Assembly: GCA_003220345.1 (NCBI GenBank) | Contig: QHSC01000101.1 | Location: 5,693-69,692 of the forward strand | Length of the DNA stretch: 64,000 bases | Reading direction: 5' to 3' | Origin: Candidatus Rokuibacteriota bacterium | GTDB taxonomy: Bacteria; Methylomirabilota; Methylomirabilia; Rokubacteriales; CSP1-6 | Shown here: piece after piece, positions 43,992 through 57,461 of the stretch | How the letters are laid out: each line of letters opens with the position of its first letter | How positions within the stretch are numbered: position 1 is the first letter of the stretch | Translations under genes and position numbers: made by a program | The notes under the pieces: generated by a model | What the model was told of the DNA's origin: nothing | Databases searched by the model: none | What the model saw: only the letters and a program-made list of their open reading frames with translations

Positions 43992-46900
43992 ATGAGCCTG
44001 ACCGCGTCGGAGTCGATACTGTCCCGGTGGGCCGCCCTTGGAGAGCTCTCCACGGCCCTCGCCCAGGGAGTAGCCTGTCTCGAGGCCCAGGGGCTGTGGG
44101 GCTCGTCTCGTGCCCTCGTGGTCTCGGCCTTCGTCCGCGACACCGACCGGCCCGTCCTCTATCTCTCCCCGGGCACCGCCGAGCGTCACCGCGCCGCCGA
44201 GGACATCCGATTCTTCCGGGACACGCTCGACTCCGCGCGGATCCCCGTTCTGGAGTTTCCCCCCGCCGAGCCCAGCTCCTGGCATGGGCGCCATCGCGAC
44301 CATGTCGCCGAGCGAGCCCTGGTCTGCCACGCCCTCGTGACCGGGGGCGCCATCGTGGTGGTCACCACGCCCGCCGCCCTCGGTGCGCCGATTCTCTCCC
44401 CGGAGACCTTTCGCGCGCGGACCCTCACGCTGACGGTGGGAGCGAGCTTGGAACGGGACGGACTTCTCCGGGCGCTCGAGACGGCCGGCTACGAGCGGGT
44501 GGAGACCGTGGTCGAGGTGGGACAGTGGAGCCTGCGGGGCGGGATCGTCGACATCTTCTCGCCTACCCACGATCGGCCCGCGCGCGCGGAGTTCTTCGGG
44601 GACGAGGTCGAATCGCTCCGGCTCTTCGATCCGACCACGCAGCGATCCGTGGAGACGCTCGGCGAGCTGACGGTGCTCCCCCTGGCGGGAGCCGACGCCG
44701 ATCACGCCCTGCCCGCGTGGCTGCCCGGGGAGGCGCTGGTCGTCCTCGACGACCCCGCGCTCCTCGAGGCGCCACCGGAGGAGGCGCCCTCCGCCGTGCC
44801 CCTCGCCCAGGCGCTCGATCGCTTCCAGCGGCTCGAGCTGCCGCTCCTTCAGCGCGGAGGTGGGCGTGTGCCGCGGGTCGCCATGGGCACGCGCTCGGTG
44901 GGCGGCTTCCAGGGCCGCTTCAAGGACCTCGCGGCGGAGATCCGGAGCTGGCGAGGGGAAGGATTCGCCGTGCGTCTGGTCGTGGACGACGAGGCGCAGG
45001 CCGCGCGCTGCCGCGGCATCCTCCAGGAGCACGATCTGGAGCCGTGGCCCGACGCCACCCTCTGGAGCGCCGAGGGCCTCGGTGTCATCACGGGCGATTG
45101 CGCGGCGGGCTTCCAGCTGCCCGCCCTCGGGCTTGTCCTGCTCGCCGAGGAGGACGTCTTCGGCGCGCGCCGGCGGCGGCTGCGCCGTCCCGTCTTCCAG
45201 CGGGGCGCGGCCATCGCCGCCTTCACCGACCTCAACCCGGGCGACCTCGTGGTCCACGAGGCGCACGGCATCGGCCGCTACCACGGCCTGCGCACCATGG
45301 CTGCGGAGGGCCGCGACGCGGACTTCCTGCTCCTCGAGTACGCCGAGGGCGGCCGCCTCTATCTTCCCGTCGAGCGCCTCGACCTGATCTCGAAGTACAT
45401 GGGCGCGCCGTCGGTGGCGGCGCGGCTCGATCGCATGGGCGGAGGCGCCTGGCAGCGCGTCAAGGAGTCCGTGCGGGCCGCGGTGCGCCAGATGGCCGAG
45501 CAGCTCCTTCGCCTCTACGCCGCGCGCTCCGTGGCGGAGCGGCGGATCTTCTCGGGCGACACGCCGTGGCAGCGGGAATTCGAGGCGGCCTTCCGCTTCG
45601 AGGAGACGCGCGACCAGCTGCGCGCCATCGAGGACACCAAGCGGGACATGGAGGGACCGCGCCCCATGGACCGCCTGGTCGCGGGCGATGTCGGCTACGG
45701 CAAGACGGAGGTCGCCCTGCGCGCGGCCTTCAAGGCAGTGGCCGACGGACGGCAGGTCGCTGTCCTCGTGCCCACCACGGTGCTGGCCCAGCAGCACTTC
45801 CACACCTTCAGCGATCGCTTCTTGCCGTTCCCGACCCGCGTGGAGCTGCTGTCCCGCTTCCGTAGCCCCCGGGAGCAGAAAGCGGTGGTGGAAGGGCTCA
45901 AGACGGGTGCGGTGGACGTCGTCATCGGCACCCATCGGCTCCTGTCCAAGGACGTCGCCTTCCGCGACCTCGGCCTCCTCGTGGTGGACGAGGAGCATCG
46001 CTTCGGGGTCACCCACAAGGAGCGGATCAAGCAGCTCCGGACCTCGGTCGACGTGCTCACCCTGACCGCCACGCCCATCCCGCGCACCCTCTACATGTCG
46101 CTGGCCGGCGCGCGCGATCTCTCGGTGATCGAGACACCGCCCCTGGACCGGCTGCCCGTGGAAACGGTCGTGGCCGGCTTCGATCGGAAGGTCATCAAGG
46201 AAGCCATCGATCGCGAGCTCCAGCGCGGCGGCCAGGTCTTCTTCGTGCACAACCGGATCCAGTCGCTGCCCTCCATGACCTCCTTCGTGCGCCAGCTCTG
46301 CCCCCAGGCGAGGGTGGTCATGGGGCACGGCCAGATGGGGGAGCGGGAGCTGGAGGCGGTCATGGTCAAGTTCGTCGACGGCGAGGCGGACGTTCTCGTC
46401 TCCACCGCCATCGTCGAGTCGGGGCTCGATATCCCCGCCTCCAACACCATCATCATCAATCGCGCCGACCGCTTCGGCCTCGCCCAGCTCTACCAGCTGC
46501 GCGGCCGGGTGGGGCGCGAGCGCCAGCAGGCCTACGCGTACCTCCTCGTGCCCGCCGCGGGCAGCCTGGACGAGACGGCCCAGCGACGCCTGCGCGTGAT
46601 CGAGGAGATGACGGAGCTGGGGGCGGGCTTCCAGCTCGCCATGCGCGATCTCGAGATCCGCGGCGCGGGCAATCTCCTCGGAGCGGAGCAGCATGGGCAC
46701 ATCGCGGCGGTGGGCTTCGATCTTTACACGAAGCTCCTGGCGGAAGCCGTGAGAGAATTGAAAGGCGAGCCAGTCTCGGCCTCGGTGGACCCCGTGATCA
46801 CGGTCGGGGTCGAGGCGCTGCTCCCCGAAGAGTACGTTCCCGAAGTCAACCAGCGGCTCGCGATCTACCAGCGGCTCGCGGACGTGGGCGACGACGACGA

Positions 46901-47219
46901 GGTCGCCCAGATGCGGGCCGAACTCGCGGACCGCTTCGGCCCGCCGCCTCCCGCCGTCGTCGCGCTGCTGGACGTGGTCGGGCTGCGGGTGCTCAGCCGT
47001 CGGCTCGGCGTCGAGCGCCTCGAAGCGGGTGGCGGCCGGGCGCTCGTGACCTTCGCCCCGTCGACGCCCGTCACGCCGGAGCGCATCTTGGTCGTGGTCG
47101 GTCGACGCGGCAGCGGAGTGACCATGCGGAAGGAGTTCACGCTCGAGGCGATGATTCCGACCGGCCCCTGGGAGGCCGTACGGGATGCGCTGCGCGCGCT
47201 GCTGGAGTCCCTCGCGTGA
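43992..47219 (+). CDS. mfd: transcription-repair coupling factor
   Basis: 1075 aa. RNAP-interaction region [14 protein letters not shown], helicase motifs [16 protein letters not shown] and DEEHRFGV, and the TRG region are present. Confidence 0.93.
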   Translation: MSLTASESILSRWAALGELSTALAQGVACLEAQGLWGSSRALVVSAFVRDTDRPVLYLSPGTAERHRAAEDIRFFRDTLDSARIPVLEFPPAEPSSWHGRHRDHVAERALVCHALVTGGAIVVVTTPAALGAPILSPETFRARTLTLTVGASLERDGLLRALETAGYERVETVVEVGQWSLRGGIVDIFSPTHDRPARAEFFGDEVESLRLFDPTTQRSVETLGELTVLPLAGADADHALPAWLPGEALVVLDDPALLEAPPEEAPSAVPLAQALDRFQRLELPLLQRGGGRVPRVAMGTRSVGGFQGRFKDLAAEIRSWRGEGFAVRLVVDDEAQAARCRGILQEHDLEPWPDATLWSAEGLGVITGDCAAGFQLPALGLVLLAEEDVFGARRRRLRRPVFQRGAAIAAFTDLNPGDLVVHEAHGIGRYHGLRTMAAEGRDADFLLLEYAEGGRLYLPVERLDLISKYMGAPSVAARLDRMGGGAWQRVKESVRAAVRQMAEQLLRLYAARSVAERRIFSGDTPWQREFEAAFRFEETRDQLRAIEDTKRDMEGPRPMDRLVAGDVGYGKTEVALRAAFKAVADGRQVAVLVPTTVLAQQHFHTFSDRFLPFPTRVELLSRFRSPREQKAVVEGLKTGAVDVVIGTHRLLSKDVAFRDLGLLVVDEEHRFGVTHKERIKQLRTSVDVLTLTATPIPRTLYMSLAGARDLSVIETPPLDRLPVETVVAGFDRKVIKEAIDRELQRGGQVFFVHNRIQSLPSMTSFVRQLCPQARVVMGHGQMGERELEAVMVKFVDGEADVLVSTAIVESGLDIPASNTIIINRADRFGLAQLYQLRGRVGRERQQAYAYLLVPAAGSLDETAQRRLRVIEEMTELGAGFQLAMRDLEIRGAGNLLGAEQHGHIAAVGFDLYTKLLAEAVRELKGEPVSASVDPVITVGVEALLPEEYVPEVNQRLAIYQRLADVGDDDEVAQMRAELADRFGPPPPAVVALLDVVGLRVLSRRLGVERLEAGGGRALVTFAPSTPVTPERILVVVGRRGSGVTMRKEFTLEAMIPTGPWEAVRDALRALLESLA

Positions 47220-48295
47220 GGGGCGCGGTCCGGCTCGTCCTCGTCGCAGGCGTCGCCGCCGCTCTCGCAGGCTGCTCCATTCCCTCGTGGATGCCCCTCA
47301 TCGGCAAGGCCAAGGGGCCGCCGCCGGGCGCCCCGCCCCCCAGCGAGGTCCGCGCGCCTCTCCTCTCGCGCCCCGCCTTGCCGCCCGACGCCGAGGCCGT
47401 CATGGACCGGGTCATCTGCGTGGTGAACAGCGATGCCGTCACCCTGTATGAGCTCGATGAGGCGGAGGCCTACTACCTCTACGAGAACAAGCTGCCGCGC
47501 CCGTCCGAGGGCGAGGAGCGCGCGAAGCTCCGGGAGCGGATCCTCGCCAGCATCATCGAGAAGCGGCTCCAGATCCAGCAGGCCGAGCGCGAGAAGCTCA
47601 CCGTCGAGGATGCCGAGATGACGGAGCGGATGGGAGAGATCCAGAAGCGGCTGGGGGCCACCACGGCGGCGGAATTCGAGGAGATGATCAAGGCCCAGGG
47701 CTTGGTCATCGAGGCGGTCAAGAAGCGCATTCGCGAGCAGCTGCTCGTGGAGCGCATGATCCGGCGCAAGGTGTCCCTGCGCGTCTCCGTCACCGAGGAG
47801 GAGATCGACCGCTACCTGATCGCCAACCGGGAAAAGCTCGAGACGGGCCTGGCCTTCGAGGCCCGCCACATCCTCTTCGTGCCCGGGGCCGGCTCGGGCG
47901 AGGACGGCTGGACGGCGGCGCGGCGCCGGGCCGACGAGATCTACAGCCGCGTGCTCGCGGGCGAAGACTTCGGCGATCTCGCGCGCGAGTATTCCGAGGA
48001 CGCGGGCACGGCCAAGAACGGCGGTCGGCTCGGCGTGCTCAAGCGGGGCGAGCTGGCCCCGGACATCGAGACGGCCGTCCTGAGGCTCTCGCCGGGTGAG
48101 CATTCACCGCCCTTCCGGTCCCAGGTCGGCTATCACCTCTTCGAGCTCGACTCCAAGGAGACGCTGGCGGGCGAGCAGCTCGCGCAGGCCCGCAACCAGA
48201 TTCGCGACATCCTGTACAAGCAGAAGTACGAGACGAGGCTCCAGGAGTGGCTGACGGAGATCCGCGGCAAGGCCATCATCGAGATGCGCCTCTGA
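47216..48295 (+). CDS. SurA-like peptidyl-prolyl isomerase lipoprotein (parvulin/PpiC domain)
   Basis: GTGA overlap with mfd. Lipobox LAGCS, SurA-N-like helical region, and parvulin domain (ARHILF...GGRLGVLKRGELAPDIE...FRSQVGYHLFEL) are present. Confidence 0.85.
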   Translation: MRGAVRLVLVAGVAAALAGCSIPSWMPLIGKAKGPPPGAPPPSEVRAPLLSRPALPPDAEAVMDRVICVVNSDAVTLYELDEAEAYYLYENKLPRPSEGEERAKLRERILASIIEKRLQIQQAEREKLTVEDAEMTERMGEIQKRLGATTAAEFEEMIKAQGLVIEAVKKRIREQLLVERMIRRKVSLRVSVTEEEIDRYLIANREKLETGLAFEARHILFVPGAGSGEDGWTAARRRADEIYSRVLAGEDFGDLAREYSEDAGTAKNGGRLGVLKRGELAPDIETAVLRLSPGEHSPPFRSQVGYHLFELDSKETLAGEQLAQARNQIRDILYKQKYETRLQEWLTEIRGKAIIEMRL

Positions 48296-48304
48296 TGTTT
48301 TAAA

Positions 48305-48482
48305 TTGACACAACGGCGCGCGCTGTGGGAAATTGAGGATCGAAGTCGAACCAAGTTCCCCGTACACATTCAACCCCCCGGAGATCGCCATCTCGCAGCG
48401 TAGTCCCAAACGGCCCTCGCCGCAGAAGTCTGACGCCACCGAAACGGCCGCGTCCGATTCCGGTGGAGCAGGAGGCAACAGG
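48305..48482 (+). promoter_or_regulatory. candidate rho promoter (TTGACA-17 nt-GGAAAT) and ~150-nt C-rich leader
   Basis: TTGACA at 48305-48310 is preceded by AT-rich gttttaaa. The leader 48350-48470 is visibly C-rich and G-poor for this genome. The SD GGAGCAGGAGG precedes ATG 48483. Confidence 0.4.
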
Positions 48483-49736
<1,254 letters not shown>

Positions 49737-49830
49737 GGGTGTATCCGCGCACTAAATCCCCAATTTGTTGCGGTTTTGGCAGGGTGCTGGTAACATCAAG
49801 CCTTCATTCGCACTCATCAGGAGGTGGGCC

Positions 49831-50046
49831 GTGAAGGCTGGCATTCATCCGGAGTACGTGGACACCACGATCACCTGCAATTGCGGGGAAGTCATTCACA
49901 CCCGCTCCACCCAGCCCCAGATCCGGGTGGAAGTCTGCTCCAAGTGCCATCCCTTCTTCACCGGCAAGCAGAAGTTCCTGGATACGGCCGGACGCGTCGA
50001 ACGCTTCCAGCGGAAGTACAACAGGAAGCCGATCGCGGAGGGGTAG
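49831..50046 (+). CDS. rpmE: 50S ribosomal protein L31 (Zn-ribbon type)
   Basis: GTG 49831 is 5 nt after AGGAGGTG. N-terminus KAGIHPEY, plus CNCG...CSKCHPFFTG. Confidence 0.92.
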   Translation: MKAGIHPEYVDTTITCNCGEVIHTRSTQPQIRVEVCSKCHPFFTGKQKFLDTAGRVERFQRKYNRKPIAEG

Positions 50047-50159
50047 GGCCCGGCTCGGCAGAGCGCCGCGCCACGCTGTCACTGTCCCGAGGTGCCGTCG
50101 TTCTCCGTCTCCGCGCGCGGTGACCTCGCCGTCCGCCCACTTCCCCGCGAGGGGCCGTC

Positions 50160-51239
50160 ATGTTTGACAAGCTCCGCCAGATCGAGGACCGTTACCGCGA
50201 GCTGAACGGGTCGCTCTCCGATCCCGCCGTTCTCGCCCAGCCCGCGCTGTACGCCAAGACGGCCAAGTCCGCCTCCGAGCTCAGCGAGGTCGTGCAGAAG
50301 TTCGAGGACTACAAGCAGCTCCTGGGCGGCCTCGAGTCGGCCCGCCGCATGGCCGCCGAGGAGCCCGATCGCGAGATGCGCGAGCTCGCCCAGGCCGAGG
50401 TCCGCGATCTCGAGGGGCGACAGGGCAAGCTCGAGGAGGAGCTGCGCACGTTTCTCATTCCCCGGGACCCCAACGACGACAGGAACGTCTTCGTGGAGAT
50501 CCGGGCGGGCGCGGGGGGAGACGAGGCCGGTCTCTTCGCGGCCGACCTCGCCCGGATGTACACGAAGTACGCCGAGCGACAGAAGTGGAAGGTCGAGCTC
50601 ATGGACAAGCACGAGACCGGCGTGGGCGGCTTCAAGGAGATCGTGCTCTTCATTCAGGGCCGAGGGCAGGGCCGAGGGGCCTGGAGCCGGCTCAAGTTCG
50701 AGCGGGGCGTCCATCGCGTGCAGCGCGTGCCCGAGACGGAGTCGAGCGGCCGGACCCACACCTCCACGGTGACGGTCGCCGTCCTGCCCGAAGCCGAGGA
50801 CGTGGACATCAAGGTGGAAGAGAAGGACATCCGCGTGGACGTGTATCGCTCGTCCGGTCCCGGCGGGCAGGGGGTGAACACCACGGATTCCGCTGTGCGA
50901 ATCACGCATATCCCCACGGGGCTCGTGGTCACCTGCCAGGACGAGCGCTCGCAGATCAAGAACCGGGCGAAGGCCATGCGGGTGCTGAAGGCCCGGCTCC
51001 TCGAGCGCGCGCAGGACGAGCAGGCCGCCGCCATCGCGGCGGACCGCCGGAGCCAGGTGGGGACCGGAGAGCGCAGCGAGCGCATCCGCACCTATAATTT
51101 TCCGCAGGGGCGGGTCTCGGACCACCGCATCAACCTCACGCTCTATCGCCTGCCCGCCATCCTCGAGGGCGACCTCGACGAGATCGTGGACGCGCTGGCC
51201 GCGGAGGAGCAGCGCAAGAAGCTCCAGGAGTCCTCATGA
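50160..51239 (+). CDS. prfA: peptide chain release factor 1
   Basis: 359 aa. The PET tripeptide (RVPETES, at the position of the RF1 PxT motif) and GGQ ([15 protein letters not shown]) are present. Confidence 0.95.
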   Translation: MFDKLRQIEDRYRELNGSLSDPAVLAQPALYAKTAKSASELSEVVQKFEDYKQLLGGLESARRMAAEEPDREMRELAQAEVRDLEGRQGKLEEELRTFLIPRDPNDDRNVFVEIRAGAGGDEAGLFAADLARMYTKYAERQKWKVELMDKHETGVGGFKEIVLFIQGRGQGRGAWSRLKFERGVHRVQRVPETESSGRTHTSTVTVAVLPEAEDVDIKVEEKDIRVDVYRSSGPGGQGVNTTDSAVRITHIPTGLVVTCQDERSQIKNRAKAMRVLKARLLERAQDEQAAAIAADRRSQVGTGERSERIRTYNFPQGRVSDHRINLTLYRLPAILEGDLDEIVDALAAEEQRKKLQESS

Positions 51240-52155
51240 GACCCGTCCCGGGCACGATCGCGTCGAGTCTCGCGGCGGGGGCCGCGCGCCTGGGCCAGGC
51301 CGGTGTGGACAGCGCGCGACACGACGCCGAGCTGCTCCTCGCCGCCGTCCTCGGCACCGACCGCCTGTCCCTCTACGTCGAGCCGAAGCAGCCCGTGGAC
51401 GAGGAGGCGGCTGCGCGCTATCGCGAGCTGGTCGATCGCCGCGCCGGTCACGAGCCCGTCCAGTACATTCTGGGCTGGGAGGAGTTCCGGGGCCTGCGAC
51501 TGACGGTGACGCCCGATGTGCTGATCCCGCGTCCGGAAACGGAAGGACTGGTCGAGCGGGCCCTCGAGCTCCTGGGTGGCCTCGATCACGCGGTGGTGGC
51601 CGACGTGGGGACGGGCAGCGGAGCGATCGCGTGCGCGCTGGCGGCGGCTCGCCCCGATCTCGAGCTGCTCGCGGTCGACCAGTCCCTGGGCGCCCTCGCC
51701 GTCGCCTCGGACAACGTGCGCACGCTGGGGCTCGCTTCGCGCGTGAGGCTTCTCGCCGGCGATCTCTTCGGGCCCCTCGCCTCGCTCCGGGGCAGCCTCG
51801 ACATGGTCGTGGCCAACCCGCCCTACCTGCCCGCCATGACGCTGGCCTCGCTGCCCGCCGAGGTGGTCCGTTTCGAGCCGCGCCTGGCCCTCGACGGCGG
51901 CCCCGATGGGATGCGCGTGCTGCGGCGCCTCATCGCCGAGGCCCCGGCCCATCTGCGACCCGGGGGCTGGCTCGTCATGGAGATCGGGGAAGAGCAGGCG
52001 GGTGCGCTCGCCTCGCTGATGGCGGCCCAGGGCTTCTCGGCCATCGGGGCGAGGCGCGATCTCCGCGGCGTGGAGCGCTACATCGAGGGCTGCTGGGCCG
52101 AGGGCAAGAGCGTCGTCCCTCTCACGGGCGTGGCGACGCAACGGTTGAGCTGCTG

Positions 52156-52156
<1 letters not shown>
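51236..52156 (+). CDS. prmC: release factor glutamine N5-methyltransferase
   Basis: ATGA overlap with prfA. SAM motif [11 protein letters not shown] and the catalytic NPPY motif (VVANPPYLP) are present. Confidence 0.92.
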
Positions 52157-53415
<1,259 letters not shown>

Positions 53416-53417
53416 CC

Positions 53418-54053
53418 ATGCCGGTCCTCACCGTCGCGCTGCCCAAGGGACGCTTGCTCGATCCCGCCCTCCAGCTCCTCTCCGCCATGGGCATCCAGGG
53501 CCTGGAGGCGGACACGCGCAAGCTCTTGCTCGCCGACGCCGAGCGGGATCTGCGCTTCATCTTTCTCAAGCCCGCCGACATTCCCACCTACGTCCAGTAC
53601 GGCGCGGCCGACCTCGGCATCGTGGGCAAGGACATCCTGGCCGAGCAGCAGCCCGACGTCTACGAGCCGGTGGACCTGGGCTTCGGCTTCTGCCGGCTCG
53701 TGGTCGCCGAGCCCCGCGAGCTCTGGGAGCGCGACGATCCCGCCAAGTGGTCGTGGGTTCGCGTGGCCACCAAGTATCCGACCCTGACCGAGCGCTATTT
53801 CTCCGAGCGCGGCATCCAGGTCGAGATGATCCGTCTCGACGGCTCCATCGAGCTCGCCCCCCTGGTGGGGCTGGCCGAGCGCATCGTGGATCTCGTCCAG
53901 TCGGGCGAGACCCTGCGGGCCAATGGCCTGGTGGAGGTCGCCGAGATCATGACCTCGACGGCCCGGTTGATCGTCAATCGCGCCTCGCTCAAGACGGCCC
54001 ATGCCCGCGTCAACGCTCTCATCGCGGCCATGCGTCAGGAAGTGGCGAAATGA
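53418..54053 (+). CDS. hisG: ATP phosphoribosyltransferase, short form
   Basis: 211 aa. N-terminus LTVALPKGRL, plus DIPTYVQYGAADLGIVGKD and DLVQSGETLRANGL motifs. There is no C-terminal regulatory domain. The stop TGA 54051-54053 lies in the repeat head. Confidence 0.92.
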   Translation: MPVLTVALPKGRLLDPALQLLSAMGIQGLEADTRKLLLADAERDLRFIFLKPADIPTYVQYGAADLGIVGKDILAEQQPDVYEPVDLGFGFCRLVVAEPRELWERDDPAKWSWVRVATKYPTLTERYFSERGIQVEMIRLDGSIELAPLVGLAERIVDLVQSGETLRANGLVEVAEIMTSTARLIVNRASLKTAHARVNALIAAMRQEVAK

Positions 54054-54178
54054 TGTTCGAGCCGAAGCGTGGGACGAGCCAGTGGCGAGGCACACGATGA
54101 GGCGAGGGCTGAATAGCTTGTTCGAGCCGAAGCGTGGGACGAGCCAGTGGCGAGGCACACGATGAGGCGAGGGCTGAG
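54050..54178 (+). repeat. intercistronic tandem repeat, family 1, locus B (2 units, period 65 nt)
   Basis: Units 54055-54113 and 54120-54178 are identical except for the last base. Each is 51/59 identical to locus A unit 1. The head ATGATGTTCGAGCCGAAGCG contains the hisG stop. Confidence 0.95.
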
Positions 54179-54194
54179 TAGATCGAGCTCTGAA

Positions 54195-55505
54195 GTGATC
54201 AGACGCCTGGACACGGCGCAGCTCGGCGCGGCCGGCGTGGCAAAGGCGCTCGACCGCCCGCCCGCCGCCGTGGACGCGGAGGTCCACCGACGCGTCGAGG
54301 AGATCCTGGCCGCCGTGCGCGAGAAGGGTGACGCCGCGCTCCTCGACTTCACCGAGCGCTTCGATCGCGTGCGACTGACGGCGGGGGAGCTGGCTGTGTC
54401 GTCGGCCGAGATGGAGGCGGCCCTGGGCGCGGTGGGCGAGGCGACCGTGCGGGCGCTCCGCTACGCGGCGGAGCGCATCGAGCGCTTCCACCGCGAGTGC
54501 GCCCCCCGCTCCTGGCGCATGACGGACGCGCTCGGCTCACGGCTGGGGCAGGAGGTGCGCCCGCTCGACCGCGTGGCCGTCTATGTTCCGGGCGGCCGGG
54601 CCGCGTATCCGTCCACCGTGCTCATGACGGTGATCCCCGCGCGGGTGGCGGGCGTCCGGGAGATCGTGCTCGTCTCGCCGCCCCGGCGCGACAAGTCGCT
54701 CGATCCCGCCGTCCTCGCTGCGGCCCGGGTGGCGGGCGTCACGGAGGCCTATCGGGTGGGCGGCGCCCAGGCGGTGGCCGCGCTCGCCTATGGCACGGAG
54801 ACCATCCGCCGGGTGGACAAGATCGTCGGTCCCGGCAATATCTATGTCGCGCTCGCGAAGAGCCGGGTTTTCGGCGACGTCGGCATCGACATGGTCGCAG
54901 GGCCGAGCGAGGTGGTGGTGGTGGCCGAGGCGGGCGCCGATCCTTCCTGGGTGGCCGCCGATCTCCTCGCGCAGGCCGAGCACGACCCCATGGCGCGCGC
55001 CGTCCTCCTCACGCCTTCGACCGCGCTCATCGATGGCGTGGCCGCCGAAGTGGAGCGCCAGCTCGCGCGCTTGCCGCGCAAGGAGATCGCCGGGGCCGCC
55101 TTGAAGTCCCACGGCGCCCTGGTATTGACGCGGAGTCTGGAGGAGGCCGTCGAGATCGCCAATCTCCTGGCCCCGGAGCATCTCGAGCTCCAGGTCACCG
55201 ATCCCGAGAGCTGGCTCGCGCGCGTGCGGAACGCCGGCGCCGTGTTTCTCGGTTCGTACACGCCCGAGGTGATCGGCGACTACGTCGCCGGGCCCAACCA
55301 CGTTCTGCCCACCGGCGGCACCGCACGCTTCGCCTCGGCGCTGTCCACCGAGGACTTCGTCAAGCGCCTGAGCGTCATCGAGTACGCCAGGGCGGGGCTC
55401 GCGGAGGCGGGCCCGCACGTGGCGGAGCTCGCCCGCGTCGAGGGGCTCGACGGCCACGCCGCCGCCGCCGCGGTTCGCATCGAGAACACTGGAGGTCGGA
55501 CATGA
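54195..55505 (+). CDS. hisD: histidinol dehydrogenase
   Basis: Motifs VYVPGG.AAYPSTVLM, GPGNIYV and AEHDP are present. GTG 54195 is the preferred start because the upstream ATGs (54147, 54162) lie inside repeat unit 2. Confidence 0.88.
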   Translation: MIRRLDTAQLGAAGVAKALDRPPAAVDAEVHRRVEEILAAVREKGDAALLDFTERFDRVRLTAGELAVSSAEMEAALGAVGEATVRALRYAAERIERFHRECAPRSWRMTDALGSRLGQEVRPLDRVAVYVPGGRAAYPSTVLMTVIPARVAGVREIVLVSPPRRDKSLDPAVLAAARVAGVTEAYRVGGAQAVAALAYGTETIRRVDKIVGPGNIYVALAKSRVFGDVGIDMVAGPSEVVVVAEAGADPSWVAADLLAQAEHDPMARAVLLTPSTALIDGVAAEVERQLARLPRKEIAGAALKSHGALVLTRSLEEAVEIANLLAPEHLELQVTDPESWLARVRNAGAVFLGSYTPEVIGDYVAGPNHVLPTGGTARFASALSTEDFVKRLSVIEYARAGLAEAGPHVAELARVEGLDGHAAAAAVRIENTGGRT

Positions 55506-56122
55506 AGCCAGCGAGCGAGAAGGCCACTCCCGAGATTCCCCGCCAGGGTCGGGTCGAGCGCCGAACCAAGGAGACGCAGATCGTGCTCCAGGTCGGCCTC
55601 GACGGCACGGGCGCCGCCAAGGTGGAAACGGGCATCCCGTTCTTCACCCACATGCTCGAGGCCTGGGCCAAGCACGGTCTCATGGACCTGACCGTGGATG
55701 CCCGCGGCGATCTCGACGTCGACCTTCACCACACGGTGGAGGACGTGGGGATCTGCCTGGGCAAGGCTTTCCGCGAGGCGCTGGGCGACAAGACGGGCAT
55801 CGTCCGCTACGGCGCGTCCTTCCTGCCCATGGACGAAGCCCTCCTGCACGCCGCCGTGGACATCTCGGGCCGGCCCTACCTCGTGTTCAACGTGCCGCTA
55901 CGCCGCGCGCGCCTCGGCAGCTTCGACCTGGAGCTGCTCGAAGACTTCTTCCGGGCCTTTTCCTTCAATGCCGAGATCACGCTGCACGTGAACATGCACT
56001 ACGGCCAGAACCTGCACCACATCGCCGAGGCGGCCTTCAAGGCGGTGGGCCGCGCGCTCGCCGAAGCCACGCGGCTGAACCCGCGCATCGCCGGGGTCCT
56101 CAGCACCAAGGGTAGCCTCTGA
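55502..56122 (+). CDS. hisB: imidazoleglycerol-phosphate dehydratase
   Basis: ATGA overlap. Motifs RRTKETQI, IPFF.HML, HHTVEDVGI and HHIAEAAFKA are present. Confidence 0.93.
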   Translation: MKPASEKATPEIPRQGRVERRTKETQIVLQVGLDGTGAAKVETGIPFFTHMLEAWAKHGLMDLTVDARGDLDVDLHHTVEDVGICLGKAFREALGDKTGIVRYGASFLPMDEALLHAAVDISGRPYLVFNVPLRRARLGSFDLELLEDFFRAFSFNAEITLHVNMHYGQNLHHIAEAAFKAVGRALAEATRLNPRIAGVLSTKGSL

Positions 56123-56123
56123 C

Positions 56124-56741
56124 GTGATCGCGGTCATCGACTACGGCCGGGGGAATCTGGGCAGCGTCGAGAACGCCCTGGAGCGTCTCGGCATGCGGGC
56201 GGTGGTGACCCAGGACCCGCGTGTCGTCGAGGATGCGCGCGCCCTCGTCCTGCCCGGCGACGGAGCCTTTCACGACGCCATGAGCAATCTCCAATCCCTC
56301 GGCCTGCTCGAGCCGCTCAAGGCGGCCCTCGACGAGGGTCGCCCCTTTCTCGGCATCTGCCTCGGCTACCAGCTCCTCTTCACGGAGAGCGAGGAGTTCG
56401 GCCAGGGCAAGGGGCTCGACGTGATTCCCGGGACGGTCCGCCGCTTCCCGGGCGGCCTCAAGGTGCCGCACATGGGCTGGAACGCCGTCGAGCATCGGGG
56501 CGACCTGCGCATCTTCGACGGCATCCCGTCGGGCGCGCATTTCTACTTCGTGCACTCGTACTACCCGAGCGCGACCGATCCCTCGCTGCCCGCGGCCACC
56601 TGCACCTACGGGGTGACCTTTCCCGCCGCGGTGGGACGGGGCACGCTCTTCGCCACGCAATTCCACCCCGAGAAGAGCCAGCGCTGGGGGCTGAAGCTGC
56701 TCGAGAACTTCGCGGCCTTCGTGCGGGACGGGCGAAGCTGA
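56124..56741 (+). CDS. hisH: imidazole glycerol phosphate synthase, glutamine amidotransferase subunit
   Basis: GTG 56124. Motifs IAVIDYGRGNL, GICLGYQLL (Cys nucleophile), YFVHSY and FHPEKS are present. Confidence 0.93.
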   Translation: MIAVIDYGRGNLGSVENALERLGMRAVVTQDPRVVEDARALVLPGDGAFHDAMSNLQSLGLLEPLKAALDEGRPFLGICLGYQLLFTESEEFGQGKGLDVIPGTVRRFPGGLKVPHMGWNAVEHRGDLRIFDGIPSGAHFYFVHSYYPSATDPSLPAATCTYGVTFPAAVGRGTLFATQFHPEKSQRWGLKLLENFAAFVRDGRS

Positions 56742-57457
56742 TGCTGGTCATTCCCGCCATCGACCTCCGCCGCGGCCGGTGCGTGCGCCTGCATCAAGGT
56801 CGCGCAGAGTCCGAGACGGTCTTCTCCGACGATCCCGTGGCCATGGCCCGCCGGTGGGAGGCGGAGGGGGCTTCGCGCCTGCACGTGGTGGATCTCGACG
56901 GCGCTTTCGGCGGCGGACCCGCCCAGGCCACCCTGATCGGCGAGATCGTCCGCGCCGTGAAGATCCCGGTGGAGGTGGGAGGAGGGCTGAGGGCGGCAGA
57001 GCACGTGCAGGCCGTGCTCGACGCGGGGGCGCGCTGGGCCATCGTGGGCACGCGGGCGGCGCTCGATCCCGCCTTTCTCGGCGAGATCTGCCGCCGCTTC
57101 GAGGATCGGATCATCGTGGGGGTCGACGCCGCGGACGGCCACGTCGCCGTGGACGGCTGGACCCGAGTCCTGGAGCTGGAAGCAGTGGCCCTGGGGCGTG
57201 ACGCCGCCGCGGCGGGGGCGGCGGCCATCATCTACACGGATATCGCGCGGGACGGCACCGAGGGCGGCCCCAACCTGTGGAGCACGGAGGCGGTGGCCCG
57301 CGCCGCCGCCATCCCCCTCCTCGCCTCGGGCGGCGTGGGCTCCCTGGACGATATCCGCCAGCTCGCCACCATCCCGGGCGTCGATGGCGTCATCGTCGGG
57401 CGCGCGCTCTACAGCGGGGCGGTGGATCTCCGCGCCGCGGTGGCCGAGGCCCGCTAG
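56741..57457 (+). CDS. hisA: 1-(5-phosphoribosyl)-5-[(5-phosphoribosylamino)methylideneamino]imidazole-4-carboxamide isomerase
   Basis: TGATG overlap. Motifs [24 protein letters not shown] and ASGGV.SLDD are present. Confidence 0.93.
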   Translation: MLVIPAIDLRRGRCVRLHQGRAESETVFSDDPVAMARRWEAEGASRLHVVDLDGAFGGGPAQATLIGEIVRAVKIPVEVGGGLRAAEHVQAVLDAGARWAIVGTRAALDPAFLGEICRRFEDRIIVGVDAADGHVAVDGWTRVLELEAVALGRDAAAAGAAAIIYTDIARDGTEGGPNLWSTEAVARAAAIPLLASGGVGSLDDIRQLATIPGVDGVIVGRALYSGAVDLRAAVAEAR

Positions 57458-57461
57458 CGCC

